Notes: generated by a model from the sequence alone, not told the origin. Shown: positions 49,844 to 60,248, numbered from the stretch's first letter. The stretch is 64,000 nucleotides of DNA from Candidatus Bathyarchaeota archaeon (GCA_963828195.1 CAWHDT010000001.1:1-64000), one strand, 5' to 3'. Numbers and translations: made by a program.

Positions 49844-50299
49844 TTATTTGTTTTCTAATGCAAGAAAACTTTCGATCGCATTTTTAATCAGGTTAGCGCA
49901 CACTTTCTCAAAGACCTTTTCCTGCCGAGCTTTAGCCGCCTGTTCATGATTTGACAAGTCATATTTAATCAGGTCGCGACATAGAACGGTGCCATTCTGC
50001 GTCTCAAATTGTTTGAAAAGTTTTTTTGCTTTTGTGTATGTTTCTGCCCTTTTATCCATGCCAGCTTCGTTTGATGCATATTTGATTCCCACCGCCATGA
50101 TACTGCCTGTTAAAGCTCCACACGTGGAGCCGCATCGCCCGATACCTCCTCCGAAACCCGCCGCAATTTTCGGAATTAAGTCGCTGTTGCCTTCAGGTTC
50201 CAAGTATTGATATAATGTTAAGAGTACACTCTGTGCACAGTTGTAGCCGCTTTGAAAGTGTTTAATTGCTTTTCCTCCCAAATCTTGATCGGATGGCAC
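49844..50299 (-). CDS. C-GCAxxG-C-C family putative redox protein
   Basis: GYNCAQSV, FGGGIG..GSTCGALTG, CRDL, VC. Confidence 0.85.
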   Translation of the reverse strand: MPSDQDLGGKAIKHFQSGYNCAQSVLLTLYQYLEPEGNSDLIPKIAAGFGGGIGRCGSTCGALTGSIMAVGIKYASNEAGMDKRAETYTKAKKLFKQFETQNGTVLCRDLIKYDLSNHEQAAKARQEKVFEKVCANLIKNAIESFLALENK

Positions 50300-50313
50300 C
50301 GTTTTTTCACCCT

Positions 50314-51357
50314 TCAGAAATATTTTGAAATTCTCTTTATTGCTGCAACTGTAAGTTTAGCTGAGTTTTCAATGTCTTTTAGGCATAGCATACCGACTGG
50401 GCTGTGAATGTACCTTGTAGGTATGGATATGTTCCCACATGGAATTCCCTGCCTAGTAAGGGAAATTCTTGCTGCGTCAGTTGAGCCGAGCAAGCCTGTT
50501 TCAAGCTGAAAAGGGATTTTTTCTTCTTCCGCCGTTTCTAGAAGCCACCGTAAAACCTTGGGGTGAGTAATTAAGCCTGAATCTGAAATTGTCAACGAAG
50601 GACCTTTACCCATCTTAACGCTGGTGTCATATTCTCTTACGCCCGGAACGTCACCCGCAATAGTTACGTCCAACGCTATTGCTAATTCAGGGTCAACACC
50701 GAAAGCGGCTGTTGCGGCGCCCCGTAAGCCGACTTCCTCCTGAACGGTGCCGACAGCGCAGATTGTGTAGTCAGTTTTCTCCATCAATTTGAGGGCTTCA
50801 ACCATTGTAGCGCAACCAGCTCGGTTATCGAAGGCTTTACCGGTAACAACATCTCTGCCTAAAGGAACATATTTTATGTCAAACCCCACTGGGTCACCGA
50901 CTGCAACCCCTAGTGCCGTAGCATCTTCCTTGCTTTCGGCTCCAATGTCGATGAAAAGCTCATCGAAAGCTGTGACTTTTTTCCGCTCCTCTTCTTTCTG
51001 AATATGCGGTGGTTTTGAGCCGATAATGCCGGGAAAAGTTCCTTGTCTCGAAAAAACTGTGACTTTCTGAGCGGGTAAGATGCGATCATCTATTCCACCC
51101 ATTTTAGCGAATTGCAAAAAGCCGTCTTTAGTGATTGTTTTCACCATTAAGCCGACTTCGTCCATGTGAGCGGCAAGCATGATTTTTGGGGCGTCAGACT
51201 TCCCTTTTTTTATAGCGATAACGTTTTCAAGTTTATCAACAACTATCTGGTCTGCGTAAGGAGTCATCAGCCGAATCATTAATTCACTAACTTCGCTTTC
51301 TCTACCCGTTACTCCGCAGGCGTTTGACAATGATCCTAAAGTTTCGTTTAGCGTCAT
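50314..51357 (-). CDS. M42-family aminopeptidase (TET-like)
   Basis: AAHMDEVG, GKAFDNR, QEEVGLRGA, TDA, RYIHSP. Confidence 0.92.
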   Translation of the reverse strand: MTLNETLGSLSNACGVTGRESEVSELMIRLMTPYADQIVVDKLENVIAIKKGKSDAPKIMLAAHMDEVGLMVKTITKDGFLQFAKMGGIDDRILPAQKVTVFSRQGTFPGIIGSKPPHIQKEEERKKVTAFDELFIDIGAESKEDATALGVAVGDPVGFDIKYVPLGRDVVTGKAFDNRAGCATMVEALKLMEKTDYTICAVGTVQEEVGLRGAATAAFGVDPELAIALDVTIAGDVPGVREYDTSVKMGKGPSLTISDSGLITHPKVLRWLLETAEEEKIPFQLETGLLGSTDAARISLTRQGIPCGNISIPTRYIHSPVGMLCLKDIENSAKLTVAAIKRISKYF

Positions 51358-51637
51358 TACCTTTCCTTCTTTAAGATTGTTAACTAGAAGCCTAAGTTAT
51401 TAAATAATTTCGGTCAGTGAAGATGTTCAAGTTTTCAAGGCAAAAGTTAACCAACGAGGCAGCAACCCATGCTCATGTTCACAGAGTTAAACGGTTTTTC
51501 ACACACATGCGCCAAATATTATTTTTCATTAGAATCTGCGAAAAAACCACATTATTAAAATCAAAAGAAAAGGGGTAAATTCAACTGAAACGCTAAGCTT
51601 AAAAATCTGCTCACATAACTTTAGAGGGGGAACAAAC

Positions 51638-52516
51638 TTGGAACAGCAACCATTAAAAAAGATTGGAATTTTTAAATGCGGTAACATCGGTACCTCACCA
51701 AATCTTGAGCTCCTTCTTGACGAACTGGCTGACCGAAAAGACATCAAAGTTCGCGTTGTCACTACGGGATCAAAAATGAACCTTGACGATGTTGAGGATG
51801 CGTTTCCCAAAATTTTAGAATTCAACCCCGATATGATTGTCACAATATCGCCCAACACAGCTTTGCCCGGACCATCGAAAGCTAGAGAGCAGATTTCAAA
51901 AAGCCATCTGCCAGGAATTGTAATATCTGATTCTCCTGGAAAACGGGCAAAAGCGGAAATGGAAAGCCAAGGGCTAGGCTACCTAATCATCAGCGGTGAT
52001 CCGTTAATCGGCGCCAGAAAAGAATTCTTAGATCCAATTGAAATGGCAATATTCAACTCAAACATCAACAAAATACTTGCAATCACTGGCGTTTACAGGA
52101 TAGTTCAACAAGAAATTGACAAAGTAATTTATTCACTTGAAACTGGTCAAACTCCAGTTCTGCCCAAATTGGTAATAGACATGAATGCCGTCCGCGACAA
52201 TTCACCTTTCAGCAATCCCTATGCAAAAGCAAAGGCAATGGCTGCTTACGGCATGGCAGAGAAAGTTGCTGAGGTTGACACTCAAGCTTGCTTCATGGAG
52301 AAAGAGAGTGAAAAGTATATTCCTCTAGTCACCTGCGCGCATGAGATAGCTCAAGCAGCCGCGAGATTGGCTGAAGAGGCTCGTGAAATTGAGAAATACA
52401 ATGACAGCGTCCTTAGGAAACCTCACTCGAAAGACGGCAGGCAAAAAACTAAGAATAGACTGATGCTAGCGCCGACTTTCTCTGAAGAATTCTACGAGAA
52501 AAGCGGAGCACTTTAG
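51638..52516 (+). CDS. mtd: F420-dependent methylene-H4MPT dehydrogenase
   Basis: KCGNIGTS, LLDELADRKDI, GSKM, SPN..LPGP, D.LIGARKEFLDPIEM, NPYAKAKAMAA, RKPH. Confidence 0.92.
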   Translation: MEQQPLKKIGIFKCGNIGTSPNLELLLDELADRKDIKVRVVTTGSKMNLDDVEDAFPKILEFNPDMIVTISPNTALPGPSKAREQISKSHLPGIVISDSPGKRAKAEMESQGLGYLIISGDPLIGARKEFLDPIEMAIFNSNINKILAITGVYRIVQQEIDKVIYSLETGQTPVLPKLVIDMNAVRDNSPFSNPYAKAKAMAAYGMAEKVAEVDTQACFMEKESEKYIPLVTCAHEIAQAAARLAEEAREIEKYNDSVLRKPHSKDGRQKTKNRLMLAPTFSEEFYEKSGAL

Positions 52517-52830
52517 CCTCCTCTTTCATTTTTCGAGCACTTGTAAAATATGCTCGCAATTTAAAGAGGCGCTATTGCAAGTTTTTAATTTCTAACATTT
52601 ACTTTCGCTTTCAGGTTTTTTGTTGAATTCTGCGTTTACATAAATATTTCTGCGAAGGTTAATATTGGCGTTCGCTTTTTTTGTAAAACTGTTTATTTTA
52701 AAATTTTTAAAAAAAATCGAGGGAAAGGTTCATTGTATATATCGTATATACTCGCATATAGTGTATTGCGACTAAGTATATATTTTTAAACGATATGCAT
52801 GTATTATAAAAAACCAAGGAGATAAAAAAT

Positions 52831-54552
52831 ATGAAAGCACTTGAAGTTAAACCGCTTGAAAACAAGAATTTAACTGTAATGATACAGGAGAAAGAATACA
52901 ATGAGCCTTTCCAGCTTTTCGAATCTTCACAGCCAAAACAAAACATACTGCAAGCCCTCCAAAAACCCTCAATTGGTTTTTACAAATTTGTCGAGAATGT
53001 CGTTGCCAAAGTAAATATAGACTTCGTCACAGAAGAGCTAGGCAATAGAACTCAAAAAGAATTCTACCAAGATAACATCTTAGCAAACGTATTTCAAAAA
53101 AGCAACGTTCCTTTCTTCCCCGTTGACATAGACACCGAAGCCAAAACCTACATTGAATCTTCTTTTGAGAAAAAAATTGAATTAAGAGACAACATAATCA
53201 AAAACATAGAAAACCTAAGCAAACAGAAAAACAGCGATACCACAGAGAGAGACTACCTCATTGCGTACGGTCAGAGTTTGCAATCGGAAATAGAGGAACA
53301 AGAACGCGAAGTCAACTTCTCAATCAGAGAAAGCTGGATCGTCATGGGCATTATGGAACATGCAAGAGAAATCAAAAACAAAGACCAGATAACCTGCCTC
53401 TACGTTTGCAGCCCAGAGCATGTTACAGGAGTTAAGCAAATGCTAGAATCAGTTAACGCCAACGTGGAAATCGCGAAACTCTCAAAAAAGATAATGTCAA
53501 CTCAGGTTGAAACTCCCTCGTCACAGGAAATGGAAAACTGGCTCCAATCAATGCAGATTCAAGTTAAACCCATTGTCGGAAAAGCAGCTGACAAATCACC
53601 TTACTTGCTGTTCTACCTCGACACCGACGTTAAAGCAAGCCCATTTGACATTTGCATGGCATACGATGCAGGATACAACGCCGTCATTCCTTACGAGAAC
53701 ATCATTCCTGAAGACGTCAAAAGTATAGTGATGGATGCGTTACTCTCCAGAGGACCAAAAGCTGTTAAGCACACATGCTTTCTGATCGGAGGAAAAAACG
53801 CTGAAAGAGCCGAAAAAGTTTATGAAGTTATGAAAGATGCGATGTTCCCCCCATTCAAAGCAAGCATAATAGTTGACCCGGCCGGTGCATATACAACTGC
53901 CGCCGCAATGGTAGCAAAAGCTGAAAACGCGGTCGAAGCGAGCAAACTCGGAGAGTTAAAAACCAAAACGGTCGCTATCCTCGGCACAGGTGCTGTTGGA
54001 CAAATAGCTGCAGTTCTCTTAGCTAAAATGGGATGCAATGTAATGATTGCCAGTCTTAATCCGAAACGCGTTGATGGAAAAGAACATGCTGAAGGAATAT
54101 CTAAACTTCTTGCAAGAGATCATGGCGTCCAAGTTGAAGGGATCTTCGCTCCAACTCCAGCTTCGAAAATTGAGATCATAAAGAAAGCCGATGTAGTGAT
54201 GTGCGCAGGAGTAATGGGTGTTCGAATCATAGACAAAGAAATGCTAAATGAAGTCAAAACCATGAAGGTTCTACTTGACATAAACGCTGTACCGCCATTC
54301 GGAGTTGAAGGAATAGAATTAAAAGATGACATGAAAGAAATGCTGCCTGGAATTTTTACAATTGGAGCACTGACAGTTGGAGATCTGAAACATAAACTTG
54401 AAAAAGAAATTCTGCGCGATGCATTAGCCAACGGAAAAGAAGTCTATAACTTCAACAGTGATTTGCCACTTGCACGAAAACTGCTACAGAAAGATCTGTT
54501 CCCCACAAAGTTGGCGCTAACTCTCAACTATCCAACCGTTAAAAAATCCTAA
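52831..54552 (+). CDS. Fusion: ~255-aa N-terminal domain + NAD(P)-dependent methylene-H4MPT/H4F dehydrogenase (MtdA/MtdB-like)
   Basis: C-terminal part: DTD..ASPFD..MAYDAG, SRGPK, IGG, FPPF, DPAGAYTTAAA, GTGAVG, DINAVPPFG, GAL.VG..K. Confidence 0.85.
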   Translation: MKALEVKPLENKNLTVMIQEKEYNEPFQLFESSQPKQNILQALQKPSIGFYKFVENVVAKVNIDFVTEELGNRTQKEFYQDNILANVFQKSNVPFFPVDIDTEAKTYIESSFEKKIELRDNIIKNIENLSKQKNSDTTERDYLIAYGQSLQSEIEEQEREVNFSIRESWIVMGIMEHAREIKNKDQITCLYVCSPEHVTGVKQMLESVNANVEIAKLSKKIMSTQVETPSSQEMENWLQSMQIQVKPIVGKAADKSPYLLFYLDTDVKASPFDICMAYDAGYNAVIPYENIIPEDVKSIVMDALLSRGPKAVKHTCFLIGGKNAERAEKVYEVMKDAMFPPFKASIIVDPAGAYTTAAAMVAKAENAVEASKLGELKTKTVAILGTGAVGQIAAVLLAKMGCNVMIASLNPKRVDGKEHAEGISKLLARDHGVQVEGIFAPTPASKIEIIKKADVVMCAGVMGVRIIDKEMLNEVKTMKVLLDINAVPPFGVEGIELKDDMKEMLPGIFTIGALTVGDLKHKLEKEILRDALANGKEVYNFNSDLPLARKLLQKDLFPTKLALTLNYPTVKKS

Positions 54553-55565
54553 ACACCTACGCTAAACGCGCGATTTATCGCGATCTCAGCTATGTTTGCG
54601 GCACAGTCCGCAATTCTTTTTATATTATCTCTCACAGAGCAGATTGCGCATACCAATTGCTCATTTTTTTGTTTTTCGGCGAATGCTTTAGCAGCTATTT
54701 CCTGATCCAACTTCGCAATTCCTTGTCTTTGCCTCAGTATCTCAATTGATTTCGTGAAATCCTTCAAAAAGAAAGTGTCCACTGCCTTTACATATAAATT
54801 CACAGCTTCATTTCCTGCGATGCACATTAGCTCTAATACGTTCTCGGGGATGTTTAGTTGGCTTCCGTCAAGCATTATTACGTCCCGCGCTACATCCGCT
54901 GAATTATCTGCTACCTCCCGCATCATGTAAACTAAGGTTTGGTAATCCATACATTCTAGCGGATCAATGCGAAACTCATTTGCCAAAGCAGCATCTTGAG
55001 CTGCATTACGTAGAACCCGAATAAGAAAATACGCAAAATGATATACATCACTGTCGAGGGAGAAAACAGCTTTGGCCAAGGGCACATCTTTGGTTTTTAG
55101 AGATCTAATTGCATCCTCCCCAATTGACTGAGAGATCATATGCATTCTCTGCACAGTTTGTTTTAAATCCGCCTTTGTTTCATCCATTAAGGTTTGGATG
55201 AAAACACCCTTAGAGTTAGACTCCATAATTCTCATGTACAGCATCCCTGCAATTTTACGGATTGCTTTTATCTGGGGAATGGAAAAAACTTTTTCCGAGA
55301 TAAGGGTGATTCCACTGTTTCCGTTTAAGTAGCTGCCTACGATCTTCATCGTTATTACCAGTTCATCTTCATTGGGGTCAATGCGGAGCGTTGTCTCTTT
55401 TGTTGTTGTCTTTTTCTTAGCGACAGGATAAATAACCAGGGAGCGGTCGCGTTGAATGGCGAATGAAACTACATCTCCTTTATTTAATTCGTTTAGCTGC
55501 ATCCAGTTTTTAGGGAGAGAAATTACCAGAGAAGACCTGCCGAGGGACATAACTCTACGTTCCAT
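54549..55565 (-). CDS. AbrB-PhoU phosphate-uptake-regulator-like protein
   Basis: RRVMSLGRSSLVISLPKNW (AbrB domain) and PhoU helical repeats (RIAD...NIAEI). Confidence 0.85.
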   Translation of the reverse strand: MERRVMSLGRSSLVISLPKNWMQLNELNKGDVVSFAIQRDRSLVIYPVAKKKTTTKETTLRIDPNEDELVITMKIVGSYLNGNSGITLISEKVFSIPQIKAIRKIAGMLYMRIMESNSKGVFIQTLMDETKADLKQTVQRMHMISQSIGEDAIRSLKTKDVPLAKAVFSLDSDVYHFAYFLIRVLRNAAQDAALANEFRIDPLECMDYQTLVYMMREVADNSADVARDVIMLDGSQLNIPENVLELMCIAGNEAVNLYVKAVDTFFLKDFTKSIEILRQRQGIAKLDQEIAAKAFAEKQKNEQLVCAICSVRDNIKRIADCAANIAEIAINRAFSVGV

Positions 55566-55793
55566 AATATTCCTCAACCTTAGTATATACTCATCATGAA
55601 TCATATAAATTAAGTATATACGAATATACTCACAGTTATCCTAACCGTCGAAACCACATGAAACCACAATTTCAGAAAAACAATTGTCGTTCTACGCAGT
55701 GTCTAAAAGCAGGCAGACATCGGTCCCACTGCACAGCAGATTACTTGAAGAAAATAACTTTTCATAGTTTCGGCAGGTTTAGTTGGTTCAAGT

Positions 55794-56963
55794 CTACTTA
55801 AAAGCGCGTTCCATTCTGTCACAAGCTTCCCGGATCTTTTCTTTGGGCTGAGTTAAGGCAAATCGAACATGACTTTCTCCGCATTCACCGAAACCAGTTC
55901 CAGGCGTGACAACCACTCCAGCATTCAGCATTTTGCTCGTGAAGTCCATCGAATTGAAGTTGCCGTTTACCCAAAGATAGAAAGTGGCTTTTGGTTTCTC
56001 GCATTTGAAGCCTAATGAGCATAATCGTTCCACAAGCACATCACGCCTCTCTTTGTAAATGTGGTTATTTTTTTTCAAAAAATCGGGCTGTTCTCTGTTC
56101 TTGTAGCTTTGAAGGGCCTTGACCGCTACTTTTTGAATGTAAACAGGTGGTCCGGAATCAATTTGCGACTTGACTTTAGTTAAGCCAGCGACGAGCTGCT
56201 TGTTTCCGACAGCAAAACCTATACGATCGCCTGTCATGTTGAAAGTTTTTGAAAGCGAGTGAAACTCGATAGCAACATCCATGGCGCCATCGACCTCCAG
56301 AATGCTGGGTGCGCGGTAGCCATCGTAGGTGATTTCTGAGTAGGCGTTATCATAGCAAAGGATTATGTTGTTGTCTTTAGCGAAGTCTACTGCTGCTTTG
56401 AGAAATTTCGTGTCAACGGTTGCTGCTGTGGGATTATTTGGATAATTTAGAAACATCATCTTTACATTATTTGTCTTTACAGCTTCAAAATCTGGCGTAA
56501 AGCCTTTTTCCTCAAGAAGTGGCAGTGGCACCGATATGCCGTCGCAAAGGATTGTGCTACCATTGGCATACACTGGGTAAGCTGGGTCGGGAACTAACAC
56601 TCGGTCGCCCGGGTTTATGAACGCTCGGGCAATGTTCGCTATACCTTCTTTTGAGCCTAAAAGCGCAATCACCTGGTCCTGCTGCAGGTCAACAGTGAAT
56701 CGCTTCTTGTACCATTCGGCAACTGCTCCTCGAAAGTCCGGTTCGCCTTGGCTAAATGAGTAGTTGTGGTTCTTTGGGTTAGCTGCCTCTTCTTTGAGCG
56801 AGTCTATGACAAAGCTTGGCGGCGGAAGGTCTGGGTCACCGATGCTAAGTGAAATTAGGTCAATGCCTTGAGCCCTTTTTTGCTTAATTATTCTCTCAAT
56901 TTCAGCGAACATATACGGAGGCAATCGCGTTATTCGCCCAGCATAATCAAATGTCATATTCAT
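55794..56963 (-). CDS. dapL: LL-diaminopimelate aminotransferase
   Basis: LPPYMF, IGDPD, GSKEG, NYPNNPT, DNAYSE, SLSKTFNMTG.RIG; within the dap operon. Confidence 0.85.
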   Translation of the reverse strand: MNMTFDYAGRITRLPPYMFAEIERIIKQKRAQGIDLISLSIGDPDLPPPSFVIDSLKEEAANPKNHNYSFSQGEPDFRGAVAEWYKKRFTVDLQQDQVIALLGSKEGIANIARAFINPGDRVLVPDPAYPVYANGSTILCDGISVPLPLLEEKGFTPDFEAVKTNNVKMMFLNYPNNPTAATVDTKFLKAAVDFAKDNNIILCYDNAYSEITYDGYRAPSILEVDGAMDVAIEFHSLSKTFNMTGDRIGFAVGNKQLVAGLTKVKSQIDSGPPVYIQKVAVKALQSYKNREQPDFLKKNNHIYKERRDVLVERLCSLGFKCEKPKATFYLWVNGNFNSMDFTSKMLNAGVVVTPGTGFGECGESHVRFALTQPKEKIREACDRMERAFK

Positions 56964-57802
56964 ACTTCTCCAAACAGCGCACCCTTAAACACTTTTTCGG
57001 CTCCCCCGCTTAAAAATAAGCTTTTAGCCACTTCAATCTGCAAGTCTCCGCCCAGCACATGAACGACAACTTTTTTTCCGACTTTTCCAAGCTTGTTTGC
57101 AACAGCCACAGCAGCACACGCACCCGTCCCGCACGCTAAAGTCTCACCGCAGCCTCTTTCCCAAACGCGAACTTTCAACTCATTAGGGCTTAAGACTTGA
57201 ACGAAGCCTACATTGGTTCTTTTTGGAAAGCCACTATGGTTCTCAATTTTTCGTCCTATTTGCTCTACTGGAAAATCGTCTAGGTCGTCAACGAATATTA
57301 TGCAGTGCGGATTACCCATTGAAATGCACGTAATCTTGAAGGTCTGATCGTCAATGTCCAAGCTTTCGTTGATGCATGTCCCTTGTCCAATCATTGGGAG
57401 GGAGCATCTTTCCCAGTTTGGCGAGCCCATATCCACCTTGACAGCACTAACTTCATGATGCTGCAGAGTTAACCAAACAGCCTTTATCCCAGACATGGTC
57501 TCAACAAAAAAAGCGTTCTTCTTAACAACACCGTTTTCGTAGCAGTACTTGGCAAAGCATCGTATCCCGTTGCCACACATTTCTGCTTCACTGCCGTCAG
57601 CGTTAAAAATCCGCATTTTAACATCAGCCACCGTGGAGGTTGAAACCAGCAAAAGACCATCTGCTCCAACAGAAAAGTGTCTCTCGCAGAGCTTCTTAGC
57701 TAAGTCTGCAGCTTGCTTACTGCTGAACTTCTCTTCTCTGTTGTCGATAACTACGTAATCGTTGCCTAAACCATGCATTTTCCAGAAAAGCATCAAGGGC
57801 AC
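56960..57802 (-). CDS. dapF: Diaminopimelate epimerase
   Basis: KMHGLGNDY, MCGNGIRC, MGNPH, ERGCGETLACGTG. Confidence 0.95.
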   Translation of the reverse strand: MPLMLFWKMHGLGNDYVVIDNREEKFSSKQAADLAKKLCERHFSVGADGLLLVSTSTVADVKMRIFNADGSEAEMCGNGIRCFAKYCYENGVVKKNAFFVETMSGIKAVWLTLQHHEVSAVKVDMGSPNWERCSLPMIGQGTCINESLDIDDQTFKITCISMGNPHCIIFVDDLDDFPVEQIGRKIENHSGFPKRTNVGFVQVLSPNELKVRVWERGCGETLACGTGACAAVAVANKLGKVGKKVVVHVLGGDLQIEVAKSLFLSGGAEKVFKGALFGEV

Positions 57803-59085
57803 TCTGCCATTCGCTGATTAGCGGTTAAATTATCAAGTTGCTCTCGCTCTCTAATAACCAACGGTTTGCCTTGCCTAATCAAAACTTCTTCAGCTCGTGG
57901 CCGTGCATTATACTGTGAACTCATGCTGAAACCGTATGCGCCAACGTTCAAAACTGCTAGCAAATCACCTTCTTCAACAACAGGCAGCTCTCGGTCTTTA
58001 GCTAAGGCGTCGCCTGACTCACAGATTGGACCAACCACATCGCAGATTTCCTTATTGGTTGCTCCAAGCTTATTGGCGACCAGTATTGGATGGTAGGAAC
58101 CGTACATTGTGGGTCTGACAAGCGTGTTGAAGCCAGCGTCCACGCCGACGAATTTTTTTGAAGGCGTAACCTTAACCGTATTAACTGTTGTTAAGAGGAT
58201 GCTTGCATCACAGACCAAATACCTGCCGGGTTCAACACACAAAAATGGTTTACCGAGACCATACTCGGCGACTTTACCTTTGAAAGGCGCCACTACTTTT
58301 GAAGCAAATTCAGCCAAATCGAATTCTTGATCCTCAGGCTTGTAAGGAACCCCAAAACCGCCACCAATATCGATAAATTCGAATTCTAGCCCAACCTCAT
58401 CATGAACCCGCTTAGCTATACTTAACAGCTTATCCACTGCCAAAACGTAAGGTTCAACATCAAGAATACCCGACCCTATGTGCATGTGAATACCGAAGCG
58501 TTCCACTCTTGCCCTCTTAGCAATCGCGTAAGCCTGAATCGTCTCTTCTTCCCAAAGCCCAAATTTCGAGTCTGGACCAGCCGTTATGCAGTGGCTGTGA
58601 TGACCAGCGCCGACTTCGGGGTTAACGCGCACCGACAAAATCTGTGGCACAGCAATCTTTAGCAGCCTATCGAGCTCTGATTGAGAATCCACGTTTACGG
58701 TGACATTGGCATCTGTTAGCATTTTTAACTCATCGTTTCTCACGCTGGTTCCAGTAAACATTATTCGGTCCTGCGAGTAACCGCTGATTAAGCCCATGAA
58801 CACTTCGCCGGGGCTAACAGTGTCCAAATATGCACCTTGTGACTGAAGAATCTTGAGCACCGTAAGGTTAGAGTTTGCTTTTGCAGCATAATAAATTCTA
58901 ACGTACTTGTAGTTGCGAACTAACGCGTCATAAATCCGATTGTAATTATCTCTGATGCGTTTCTCGCTTATGACGTATAAGGGCGTATCGTATTTTTCAG
59001 CCAATTCCTTAACTGAAACACCATCGAAGAACAAGTTGCCTTTCCGATCCTCCAATGGTTCACGAAGCTTTCTTGTCTTAACCAT
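57793..59085 (-). CDS. lysA: Diaminopimelate decarboxylase
   Basis: YAAKAN, SKFG, HIGS, DIGGG, EPGR, GPICESGD, GAYG. Confidence 0.95.
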   Translation of the reverse strand: MVKTRKLREPLEDRKGNLFFDGVSVKELAEKYDTPLYVISEKRIRDNYNRIYDALVRNYKYVRIYYAAKANSNLTVLKILQSQGAYLDTVSPGEVFMGLISGYSQDRIMFTGTSVRNDELKMLTDANVTVNVDSQSELDRLLKIAVPQILSVRVNPEVGAGHHSHCITAGPDSKFGLWEEETIQAYAIAKRARVERFGIHMHIGSGILDVEPYVLAVDKLLSIAKRVHDEVGLEFEFIDIGGGFGVPYKPEDQEFDLAEFASKVVAPFKGKVAEYGLGKPFLCVEPGRYLVCDASILLTTVNTVKVTPSKKFVGVDAGFNTLVRPTMYGSYHPILVANKLGATNKEICDVVGPICESGDALAKDRELPVVEEGDLLAVLNVGAYGFSMSSQYNARPRAEEVLIRQGKPLVIREREQLDNLTANQRMAECP

Positions 59086-59122
59086 CTTGCACACCCAACC
59101 CAATTGTTTATTGTTTAAGAAT

Positions 59123-60181
59123 TTAAGCTAAGCCTTTAGCAACGAACAACTCAGCGCTAAGTATCCCTGCGCCTGCACCGCCGCGAACCGTATTATGCCC
59201 AAGACACATATACTTGAAAGTCATAATTGGGTCCTTCCTTATTCGCCCAACTACAACACTCATGCCGCATCCTGTGTCACGGTCGAAACGTGGCTGAGGC
59301 CTATTTTTCTCACATCGAACCACAATGGGCTTCGCTGGGGCAGACGGCAACTTTAGTTTTTGCGGTTCACCGCTAAAGTTGGCAAATGAGGTCTCGATTT
59401 CTTTTAAGGAAGGATCCTCTGACAACTTTATGAAAACAGATTCCAGATGCCCGTCCTTAACGTGGACTCTGTTGCAACTTGCGCTAACAGTGAAATCAGC
59501 ATTCTTCACTGCTTTACCGTTGAAGGTTCCCAATATCTTTAGAGCTTCAGCTTCCATCTTCTCTTCCTCGCCTGAGATGAAGGGAACAACGTTGTCTATT
59601 ATATCTAGTGATGCAACACCGGGGTATCCTGCCCCGCTAAGCGCCTGCATAGTTGAGACAATAATTTGCTTTAGACCAAACTGCATCAAAGGCTTCAGCG
59701 TAATTGCAAGTTGGATGGTGCTACAGTTGGGGTCAGTTGTTATGAACCCTTTCCAGCCCCTTAATTTCTGCTGAACCTTAACTAAATCAGCATGGTCAGG
59801 GTTAATTTCTGGAATGATCAAAGGAACATCTTTTTCCATGCGGTGCGCGCTTGCTTTGCTGAAAACCGGATAAAGCGCCGCGAATTCGGATTCAACCGGA
59901 CCCGCCAAGTCACCTGGAAGAGACGAAAACACCAAATCCACGTCCCCTGCCTTCTCCACTGATTCCACATCAGCGTTTGCCACGGACATTTCTGCAATCT
60001 CCTTAGGCAAGTTTGACTCCATAACCCAGTTGCAAGCATCCCCGTATTTTTTTCCTGCTGACCGCTCTGAAGCAGCAATCACCTCTATTTGGAACCATGG
60101 GTGCCCCTGTAACAGTTGAATGTACCGTTGCCCAACCGCTCCGGTTGCGCCTAATATGGCTACCTTACGCTTCATCGACAT
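59123..60181 (-). CDS. asd: Aspartate-semialdehyde dehydrogenase
   Basis: GATGAVGQ, PNCST, QALSGAG, EEEKM, RV.V.DGH, HNTVRG. Confidence 0.95.
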   Translation of the reverse strand: MSMKRKVAILGATGAVGQRYIQLLQGHPWFQIEVIAASERSAGKKYGDACNWVMESNLPKEIAEMSVANADVESVEKAGDVDLVFSSLPGDLAGPVESEFAALYPVFSKASAHRMEKDVPLIIPEINPDHADLVKVQQKLRGWKGFITTDPNCSTIQLAITLKPLMQFGLKQIIVSTMQALSGAGYPGVASLDIIDNVVPFISGEEEKMEAEALKILGTFNGKAVKNADFTVSASCNRVHVKDGHLESVFIKLSEDPSLKEIETSFANFSGEPQKLKLPSAPAKPIVVRCEKNRPQPRFDRDTGCGMSVVVGRIRKDPIMTFKYMCLGHNTVRGGAGAGILSAELFVAKGLA

Positions 60182-60248
60182 TATTGGTTCTTCCTTTTGC
60201 TTGTGAGTTGTTGTTCCTTGATAAAAAAGTTAATGGTTGATTTTCTGG

